Shown: positions 50,501 to 60,550 of the stretch, piece by piece
Position numbering within the stretch: the stretch's first letter is position 1
Layout of the letters: each line of letters opens with the position of its first letter
NCBI GenBank assembly: GCA_001655205.1
Contig: LPNZ01006074.1
Coordinates: 1-62,577 of the forward strand
Length of the DNA: 62,577 nucleotides
Direction of reading: 5' to 3'
DNA from: Lenisia limosa
Taxonomy: Eukaryota > Protista > Breviatea
Position numbers and translations under genes: made by a program
Notes under the pieces: generated by a model
What the model saw: only the letters and a program-made list of their open reading frames with translations
What the model was told of the DNA's origin: nothing
The model's database searches: none

Positions 50501-53500
50501 CAATAGTAATCAGTGAATATTAATATACGTGTATATAGCACAGAATTAATACACTTTCAAATTGTTTTTCATTCAACTGTTGAAAGCAGTCCTCACCTAT
50601 CCGGAGGAATGATGGACGGTTGACCAATTGCCGTGTTCAAGGGTCCCGAGAGATACTCCCATTGTCTGTGTAAATAAAAACATGAGTACAGCCAATTGGA
50701 TTTCATCATCTTACATATGACATTAAGTGGGACTCTCCCATAAAATATTACATCCCCCCCACTTGTATGAAGTCAGAAAGACTTTGCTGAGGGGAAACGT
50801 GGCGGTGCCAATCCATTCGCTGTAACTAAACATATGAAGGGGGAAAACAAAGCTCTTTATCTGTACCCGTCACTGGAAGGGGGAAGACAAAGCTCTTTAT
50901 CTGTACCCGTCACTGGAAGGGGGTAGACAAAGCTCTTTATCTGTACCCGTCACTGGAAGGGGGTAGACAAAGCTCTTTAACTGTACCCGTCACTGGAAGG
51001 GGGAATAAAACAATGAAACTCCTGATTAACTCTTATCTGGGGTTCCTTTGGTGGGGAAAGTACTGTTGTTAATCACAAATTAAGATTTCACAAGGAAGAG
51101 TGTTTCGCCCTTTACGGCTGATTGTCACTGACGCAGCTGTTGTACACGGTGATACAGAGCTCCTGACGGGTGAGCCACGTCATAACCTCACCTGCAGGGG
51201 TGACGTAAACGCAAATATCGGAACAGAAACAGCAACCCCACTGAGCACGTAGTTTAAACAGTTTATACAATATTAATAGATAGAGTAAAGCGAATAATAA
51301 ACCCACCAGTCTCGCCGGCTGGGATGACTATGGTGAGTTCCAACGGTTCGGGGAAGCTTGGTTGGGACTAAGTTGTTAAAAGCTCCCCTCGTGATATTCA
51401 TTCAACCAATTTTCTTGAACAGAATTATTGGAATGAGTTGAGGATTTCAGCAGATTATCCTTGAAGAGGTATTGGTCGAGTACCCCGTACCTGCGAGTGG
51501 AGAATCATGGTCTCGGCACGAGCCTCGTTACACGACACACACACGAAGGGGTTAATTGCCTGCAGTAGCCAGCCAATTCCGTCTTGCGGACGGAGACTGT
51601 GTGTGAGTTTGTCACGTGGTGGTCGGGTTAAAGGAAAATTATAACCCCAATCAAATCGGTTGACAGAGTAGGGGATATTGCTATTTCTCATCCTAAAGTG
51701 AATATTGGGAATGTCAGATACGCTGATACTCCTATAACACGCTTGTAAGCTTTTACCCCCATATGGTAGGATTTTGAGCCGAGGCTTACTGAGTGTAATT
51801 TTCAAGACCTAAGATGGAGAGGATTTTGATGGTGATGGTTCTTGACCCTTGCGAGACTCCTTTGGGGAACGGCTGATCATTCTGCCATCCGGAGCTTTGG
51901 GGTCAGAGACCTGCCACATATGTAGAAACAAGCATCAAAAAGTTGCTCGAAGCCGTTCACACCGTTATGTTTAAGATATCGACTCTCTTAGTAAAAAAAC
52001 ACAAAATAATCGCTGCCTCACTTTGAGCTCTTTTGGGTGGTTGACACGAAATCGGTTTCCCTGAGAATCATATCAGGATTCTTGGAAGACTACATCGTCA
52101 TAACTCAGAGTTGTCACAAAAGGGTGGGGAAAGGAAGGAAGAGGACCAATAACACACCTTAGACTATTGAAAACAGTAAGGCCTTTTATTTCATAACATA
52201 TACCATTTCAGTTTTCACAGTCATCAGAAAGGTCTCTTTCAACCACAAACTTCCACACCCCTCACCTGAGGAAAGTAATCGTCAATGATGCTGTGAACTT
52301 CATCTGGAGCAAAAGCCTACAGGATGAGTCCTCCCTATGATCAAAATAGACTGCTGTTCAGAGGTCAATGCAATTCAAGCCAGCACACAGAGTACGTATC
52401 AGAGGATTGCGCACCAAGAAAAAACACTAATGAAACGACAGCAGGATTGGTTACAAGCAACAATCCTGATACAGATACCCAACCACTCACATCACTTCCG
52501 GTTGTGAGAATGTGAATAAAGTCCCTTCTGGTTAGCCCTTTACGACCTGCCTGCCGGAACCGCTATTCTGTCAATACTGCGACAAACAAGGGTGAAACCC
52601 TAAAAAAATGCATAGCTATGTCATGCCACAAGTCCAATCAAAGAGTAAAACACTTATTATCAGATTTTATCTTCTCCTTTCGCATTTACTATTTGTCTTC
52701 AAAATTGACTAAATTTACTGCTTGATTCATTATTGATATACGAGGGACCAACCCTACCTCTTCAAAGTACCTGAAAGCTGCCCGGACCATTGTCTCTTGT
52801 TCGGTATGTTGCTCCCGGAATCTACACTGTTATTCAAGGGTCTTAGGATCCAATAGAACGACGGTAAACCTGGGCACTATGCCCAACTTGTATATCATAA
52901 GGAAGCGAAATAGATTCTATACCCAACTTGTATATCATAAGGAAGCGAAATAGTATCTATGCCCAACTTGTATATCATAAGGAAGCGAAATAGTATCTCT
53001 CCAGTTTACCCCCACATTAGAATGCATCTGAGAAAGTCGTCAAAGTCTAGCCTGCCGTCGCCCACACTGTCGAACTCCGCAACCAAATTCTCGACCGTCT
53101 GACGGTTATGTTGTGACACTGTGATTATACAACGACATTGCCAAAAGAAAGAGAATAGCACAAAAACTGCTATCAACGTATCCACTGTGCATTATGTGTT
53201 CAAGTAAAGCTTTATCTTTTCCCCCTCATTCCCTTAAAACGATTCAAACCTCGATGGAAACCTCTGGGCCAAATTGAGGAAGGATAGTGAATAGCTCGGA
53301 AGGTGAGAGGAAACCCTTGTCATCACAGAAACGCTCAAAGATGTGCTTGAGCTTGTTCAACTAAACAGTGAAGGAGAGTCGAACAAAAGAAATCGCATTT
53401 GAGGAGAACAACAATAGCATCCTTAACATACCTGGAAGGAGGTGATTGCAGAGGTGCCGTTGTCATTCCAGGGGCTATAAGCACTCCAAATAGCCCCTTC

Positions 53501-53808
53501 GTAAATCGGCCTTGCGCTTTTCTGAGACACCAGCGATCGTTTGGAGTGAGACCGATCAATATCGGGCGGTCCCCAACCCCCGCGATCCATACCGTGTTTT
53601 GTCCAGCCACTCTTTTTGTGTTAAGTTGCCAGGTTGCTGCGGATGATGGAGTGAGCTTGGTGAGGAGGAGGTGCTCGAGCGGGCAGGAGGATTTGACTGA
53701 TAGGCTTGTTTAAAATATTAATACAATAACCTTGCAACTTGCAAACAATTGGAAGCAAAAAGAGGCAAAGGGCAAAGGAAACCCGAAAACAATGAGGGGA
53801 GTGATCAT
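44515..53808 (-). CDS. EF-hand pair + C2 domain + CEP76/CC2D2A-like transglutaminase-like domain protein
   Basis: EF-hands LKHIFERFCDDKGFLSPSELFTIL (about 53250-53350) and VAEFDSVGDGRLDFDDFLRCI (about 53020-53100). C2-like strands ITIKILSILGL, INPFVCVSCNEARAET, PSFPEPLELTI, LCITVYNS, WIGTATFPLSKVF. CEP76/CC2D2A-like GRNSPPQLARAVSLL, EGRAILLCDLLLGRGWNAFLAIGEA, AWWVTT and LISRIKEYRREKFPLNQVTW. Both ends are approximate and the locus could be split. Confidence 0.6.
46490..46558. repeat. About 19-20-bp imperfect tandem repeat (3 copies)
   Basis: cagtaatat(g/a)ccgccacc(c/t) is repeated at about 46492, 46512 and 46530-46550. Confidence 0.7.
48305..48423 (-). repeat. Intronic repeat family 2, copy 2 (CEP76-like gene intron)
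   Basis: On the minus strand: ctggggatgcacacagaaagctgagtgcag...aggcagattgattgggtgaatta...tagcgtgatgtgtggacggcttcggccag. Confidence 0.8.
50085..50178. repeat. 39-bp intronic tandem repeat (about 2.4 copies)
   Basis: taaccatgaggtgagatccaaactactcacgttacccat starts at 50085, 50124 and 50163. Confidence 0.85.
50837..51004. repeat. 40-bp intronic minisatellite (4 copies)
   Basis: ggg(a/t)a(a/g)acaaagctcttta(t/a)ctgtacccgtcactggaagg at 50841, 50881, 50921 and 50961. Confidence 0.9.
52877..52998. repeat. 40-bp intronic minisatellite (3 copies)
   Basis: ctat(g/a)cccaacttgtatatcataaggaagcgaaatag at 52877, 52917 and 52957. Confidence 0.9.
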
Positions 53809-53915
53809 TGATCGTTAGAATTTCAACAACAACAAAAATCTTCTTGCCCTTTTGCTCTTCCTCTTCTCCGCCTGATTTTAGATAGTTACCCCTTAAAAAA
53901 TATTACATTTAGACT

Positions 53916-56900
53916 ATGGGTAACTCGGTTAGACGCCTTGTGCTGCTGTCCTCTCTCCTTCTCGCGCTCTTCTCATGTATGTGGAGCGTATTTGACTGGA
54001 TTGACAACTGGGTGGATTACTTTGCTGTTATGGACAATTTTTTATTCTTATTGAACACTCTGATTTTTGGGTGAAGAGATATTTTAACCATTTTGGCAAG
54101 AATAATAGCGTGTTCTTCCGAGTTGAATTAGTAGACTGGTTCAAATAAGGAGCTTTACTGAAAAACTAAATCAACCAATTTTGGAGTACATATGAGGAAT
54201 CCAAAGTAGATTGTGTGTGGATGAACTTTGTACTCTGTGGATGAACCACGCAGGTTCCCTTGGCCTCACAATTGAAAACTCGGTGTTCTCACCCACAACG
54301 GCGCGAATTACGATCCATGCTGACGAGGGCGAGTGGAGGGTCCCGGATGTGGTACAGGAATCCACTGAGAAGGTGGGCATCTGAACCTTGAAACAGCACT
54401 GGTTGGGGTTCAAATGGAAACACCTTCACAATTTCAGGGAGACGCACAGTTTAAGATAAGTCACGACAAGCAGAAGGTAAAAAGGCTTCATTCAATTTGT
54501 AGTGATAATGCACAAATTATAGCGGTTTAATATGTGGCAATAAGGTGACAGCTTGATTTTGATTGAAATAGGTTGAGGTGGCAGATTGAGTTTGATTGTA
54601 ATAGGTTGAGGTGACACGCCTCTCTGATGGCGAAACGGTCCTCCATTTAACCGGTGTCAAATGGGACACTCAATACCGCGAAGTAACACTGACCGTTGCT
54701 GGTAAGCATGTACATTACTGAACATGAAGGGTGGGATAAATTACATATATTTGCAAGCTGGATAAGATGAACAGTAAATTGGACTTCTTTTTTGAAACGT
54801 GACATTCCATTTGAACTTATTGTGTATTTCTCACATTGAATAAATAATCTGTATCGTGCTCAGGGGAAGCTTTTGGAGTAAACCCCTCACATCACATTTT
54901 CAGACAACCCGAACCTCTACGGGCTTGGTGAGAGGCTTCAAGACTTAAAGCTTAACACTGGCAACGTCAAATACCCGCTGTTCAACCATGATAATCGTAA
55001 GTTGTGCTATCTAAGGCTCGCATGCTGTAGTGTGAGGTATCATATGCCAAGTCCATTTTGATGGAATAGAGGACTGCTTTCCTGATATACATAGATAATA
55101 CTCAAGGATGTACCTCCTTCCAAGACTATTTTTTTATAGTTACTTTACCCTATTAATTACACAGCCAACATGCCAAACCTCCCAATGTATGGTACCCACC
55201 CCTACCTCTATGAAGTGAGGAACGGAAAGGCTCATGGGTGAGTTGGGTTATTTCCAATGGTTGTGTTATGTCAGAATACTTAAACTGCTAAGTTCCACAA
55301 TTGTGACAGAGCTAAAGCTGACTCCTTCCAGTTACTTCTTCCTCAACACCAACATTCAGGAGTTCACTCTCAACAACAACGAGGTGACCTACAGGTGAGT
55401 GAAGCCAATCTTTTTTAGTTCTGGCTAAATCCATATCTACGTCTAATGTGCTGGGGATGCTCGCAGAAAGCTGTGTACACAGATTTATGAGGCAAATGAT
55501 TGGGTGAATTAATGTTATATACTATAATCCAAAGCGTGATGGTGTGGACAGCTTCGGCCAGACACAACCTTTTTTTATTCACATTTCCACGTACAATGTG
55601 TTGACAATCCAGGACAAGCGGTGGAGTCATTGACTTGTTTGTGTTTGTCGGACCCTCAGTACAGGATATAGTGGCTCAGTACCAGACTGTCATCGGCAAG
55701 CCTGTTTTGCCACCTCCTTGGGCTCTTGGCGTTCACCAGGTGTGATCCGAGCGGGCTGAGGGATAACATCGTTTTGAATACATATGACAATATTACATAC
55801 TATGAAAATACATTGTATGATAATTCTGTGCCCTGTGAATCAACTCAATTGAAGATAATCCTTCAGTCACGCTGGGGATACAAGGACCTTGATGCGCTGA
55901 AAGCGGTCAAGAAGGGCTTCAAAGACAACGAACTTCCCCTTGAGTGGGGGGGATATGGAATCTTATTGTCTCATTTTGTTTCTTTTTGGATGAAACAGAA
56001 AATCGAAGTTGATACCATTGACCCTTTTAGTGTCATCTGGGCTGATATTGACTACATGGACGGCTTCAGAGTATTCTCTACAGACCCCATCCGCTTCCCT
56101 ATGGACCAGTACAACGCTTTCCTTGACGAGCTTCATGAGGAAGACATGAAACACGTGCGTTGTTTTTCCTTTTGACGGATGTGTATTTGATAATTGCAGT
56201 GGTATCAATATTTATATTTTTAGATCATAACTGTATTATATAATATATACTAGTTGTATTATATATTTTCTCGTTCTGCTTTTGGTTGATTCCTGATTTC
56301 ATTCCATCTTTACTCCTTCAGGTTGTTATTATGGACCCGGGTATCAAAACCGATAACTCGTACAAGTCCTACACCAGACTCTTGCAATCTGAAATGTACA
56401 TCAAAAATAATGTAGGCTGACCAATGTCTTATTTCTGTCTTGCAATATAATTTCATGGTTGCATTGTCCTTCTGTACATTTCTCCTCACGACAGCGCTTA
56501 ACATTCAAGGATGGCACTCCAGTTGTGAACTCAGTCTGGCCAGGCAAAGTCATTTTCCCTGACTTCTCACACCCCGACATTGACGACTACTGGTTGGCTG
56601 TTTCTTCATTTCCTTTCAGTATCGCATCTTTTGCCCCTTTCTCTTCCCATCTTAATGCCAAGCTTCTGTTCTACTCCGTTCTTCCAGCTCAATTATTACC
56701 TCCAAAAAGATTATACTTCAGGACAACTGAGATTATGAACTTCCCCTTGAAGATAGATGGCATTTGGATTGACATGAATGAACCAGGTCTGGCCTTGGCC
56801 TATCGAGTCGGATTCAACATTGTCTTCATCTATTTCATTCTTGAATTTTTCTTCTATTGATAGTAATCCCATTTCTAAGTTGCTATATTTCACTGTTTCT

Positions 56901-59900
56901 TATTTCAACAGCCACCTTTGAGGACAGCAACTGCGCTCACAACAACTACAATTTTCCCCCATGGAGCCCATTACCGTTCGAAGCCTCCGAACATTCTCTG
57001 TGTTTGGACGGAATCACACACCAAGGCAGCCATCTATACAACACTCATTCAATGGTAGGCCTCTGGTGAAGATTTTGTTCGCGTATCCGACATTGTATCC
57101 TTTGTTGCGTCTGATTTTTTGATATCAAAACACTTTGCAATACAATACTTCTGGTAATTACTTTCCGTTTACTGAAGCCAACCAGGTATTGTCTTGGCCA
57201 ACTCTTAGTTCGTAAACGTATTTGTCAACCTCCATAATAAGCCCTCCTCCCGCCTGTGTTTCATAAAATGCCACCCTCAAACAGTGACCCCTCAGTACGG
57301 CTTTTGGGAGATGGCAGCCACGCGCCGCGCTCTCATCACAAAACACCCCAACGAGCGGCCTTTCATTCTCACCCGCAGCTCCTTCTCAGGATCCGGTCAC
57401 TACGGCTTTCATTGGGGCGGTNNNNNNNNNNNNNNNNNNNNNNNNNNNNNNNNNNNNNNNNNNNNNNNNNNNNNNNNNNNNNNNNNNNNNNNNNNNNNNN
57501 NNNNNNNNNNNNNNNNNNNNNNNNNNNNNNNNNNNNNNNCAATATTGCCAGCAAACGTCAGCAATAATGCCAGCCATAACGCCAGGGCAGGTGACAACAA
57601 TAACAGCAATAACGCCAAAGCAGGTGACAACTGGTCGCGGTGGGATCAGCTCCAGGCTAGCATCCCTCAGGCCATCTCCATGACCACTGCCGGGTTCTCC
57701 GTATTTGGTCCAGACACTTGCGGGTGGGGGGTGTGGATGTAGTATGTAATTCACAACAAGTGCTCCTCACATTGTAGTTTCCTCAACAATTCAACCGAAG
57801 AGCTGTGTACAAGGTGTGGTTGGCTTGAATCAGTTATTTAAATTAAAATTATATACTGTACATGTAATCACATTACTATAGTATGTAGCTACATATGTAG
57901 CTCTTTCCGTGGTCTTTTATGACTTCAGATGGTCACAAGTGGCTACGTTCTACCCGTTCTACCGCAACCACAACTTCAACCAATCTTCTGTGGGGGAGGT
58001 ATCAACCAATCTTCTGTGGGGGTATTTCTTTGGTGTTATCCTGAACCAATGAGATTTCAGAAATATCCCTTCACCCCCCCCCCCCNNNNNNNNNNNNNNN
58101 NNNNNNNNNNNNNNNNNNNNNNNNNNNNNNNNNNNNNNNNNNNNNNNNNNNNNNNNNNNNNNNNNNNNNNNNNNNNNNNNNNNNNNNNNNGACTCCGCTT
58201 GATGTACTTCCCCGAGGCTTGGAACCTGCAGGTGGGCAGCTTATGTGACTGATCAGGTTTTCTGAGATCCAAACCAGAGCTACCATTGGATATATGGTTG
58301 TTCTTTGTTAGGACGGTCATTATCTTCTCTGAGTACGTAATAGGAGGAAGCGAGCCACCCAAGGCTAATTTATTGCCATAGGTAACCGTCATGTTTCCCC
58401 CTGCCACCAGCACCCAATCATCTTAACACTCAATTAGGCCAATGCTCACCTCTACGGTCACCCGGTCTTGAGAGCCATGCATTACTACTACTCTGTGTGT
58501 TGGGGGACATAAGGCTTTGTATATGATGGGTGGGGGGTACGCCTGTACTGTATGGTGACAGTCATATATCCATCATGAAAAGAGAGCCGTCTGAGACGTG
58601 TGTAGAAGCCTGTGACCTATCAGGAGGAATAGAGCCCCTGACCTAATAGGACGAATGCAGCCTCTGACCTAATAGGACGAATACAGCCTGGCGGACCAAA
58701 CACAGTTCTTCTTCGGCAGCAACTTCCTGGTGGCCCCAATCCTGGAGGAGGGTGCTGTACAGGTCCGTGGGAGATGGGCAATAGCGGCTACCAATGAGAG
58801 CAGTACTAATACTAATTCACACCGTCCAAGAATATGAGAGATTTTCGTTATTATATCTACAAATTTACGGATAGTGATATGTACCTGCTAAATACGTTAT
58901 AAAAACCTGATATGATATGTTTTGTGTGAAGGACAGCCTCTATTGTACATTTTTAGTATATGATAATAATATATGATAGGCCAATGCTGACGTTTACTCA
59001 CGAGTTAGAGGCAAGTCTACCTTCCAAAAGAAGACGTCTTCTATGACTTGAAAGGTGACCGCATGAAGAGTGGCCTGATTACTGTTGATGCTCCCATTGA
59101 TATCTTACCTGGTATGTCGGATGGGCTTGTTTTTAGTTTGTGAAATGACTCAGTTTGGACGACTTGATTGCATCGTTTTACTTCCCAGTGTATATCCGAG
59201 GCGGAGGGGCGTATTTGGCGCACTCCATCAGCGGGCTGACTGTGGCTGAAACAAGAAAAAACGTATTCGGGTCTAAATACTGACTGATCAACTTGAATGA
59301 TAGTCACAAACTTCCCCTGGTTTCCTGGTTTTGTGCATTTGCTTATTTCACAACCGCGCTTGTCAAGTTTAGTTTTCTTGAATAAATTATCTTTACCCCC
59401 ACGCAGGACATGAACCTTCACATTGCCCTTGATGCTGATCGCAAGTCCGCAGCTGAGATCTTCATCAATGCCGATTTTGAGCCTTTCGAACCCAACGTCA
59501 AGGTGGGCTGGTATAAAATGTATTACTGCATCAGTCCACTTTTCTTCGATTACGAAAACTCTCAGTGGTCTGATACAAAGCAACCTTGTGTATGCCTCTG
59601 TCAGTTACACCATATTATGAAGTTTTTGTGCTTGTTTGAAACTTTGGTATAGACAACGCGCTAACCAACGAAGGTGACAGCCTTGGCCACGGACTCGCAA
59701 CTCAGAGTCACGGTTGACACGAACAACGTAAAGGACGACAACTCATACATGGCACTATCTGTCTTTGGTGCTCCGAGTGGGCCGATTATATCATACGTCC
59801 GATAAAGAAATCCCCTCGAAGTTGCCCTTTAGTATCCATTGATTACCACATATTTGTTTGATACGATAACCCTGGCATGATCTATGAGGGTTCAGGAACC

Positions 59901-60229
59901 TGAAAGATCTTTACAGTCTCATCAGTAATCCCTTCAGAGTATACGAAGTGTCTTGCAGGCGGCCACAACACCGCTGTAATCTACACAACTGAGAGTTCTC
60001 TGGTACGGGGTGTTTGAGATGGCGTGGGGATTGTTCTGATTGTGGAGTACTACTTCCTCTCGGGATAGTTTCTCCCCCCCCCCCCTCAATCTTACCAATT
60101 GTACTTATTGCAGTTTTTACCGATCCCAGTTGATTTTTGTCGATGTTACGATATTTTACACCTCAGCTTGTTGTTCTTCCTGAGAATACCTTGAAGGTGT
60201 CTGACTCTTTCGTGCTGGTGTGCAAGTAA
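53916..60229 (+). CDS. Glycoside hydrolase family 31 alpha-glucosidase (lysosomal/secreted GAA-like), with signal peptide
   Basis: MGNSVRRLVLLSSLLLALFS, PNLYGLGER, MYGTHPYLYEVR, TYR|TSGGVIDLFVFVGP, PPPWALG.HQ, VIWADIDYMDGFRVFSTDP, VIMDPGI, VWPGKVIFPDFSHP, DGIWIDMNEP (catalytic nucleophile motif), RPFILTRSSFSGSGHYGFHWG|GDN, TFYPFYRNHN, QFFFGSNFLVAPIL. Stop TAA at 60227-60229. Confidence 0.92.
55451..55561 (+). repeat. Intronic repeat family 2, copy 3 (GH31 gene intron)
   Basis: ctggggatgctcgcagaaagctgtgtacacag...aggcaaatgattgggtgaatta...aagcgtgatggtgtggacagcttcggccag. Confidence 0.8.
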
Positions 60230-60550
60230 TGCAATGATTAAGTTCCCTGTCTACAATACAGCCAGCTCCACTGTTTATCATGGATGGGAAATCATAGACT
60301 AAGGAAGTACACAACGCTAATCTATATTACACCTAGAAACCTGGTAGTACAAAGGGAAATAGTTATTCAATAGACACACCTGACAGAGTAGGGTCGATGG
60401 ATGTGAGTGACATCTGAAGGGTCACACGGTTTAATTTCAACCGCAACAACATGAAATGTCCAATGAGCAACCTGTAATTTTCAATCCCACTCAAGATACC
60501 AAATCCCACCAAGTGCGACGAGGGCTCCACGCGGCTCTGGTCCGCTGACC

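Noticed and set aside
50837-51004. 40-bp repeats as a possible CRISPR array (also 52877-52998)
   Set aside because: The units are contiguous with no unique spacers, there are no cas genes, and the context is a eukaryotic intron.
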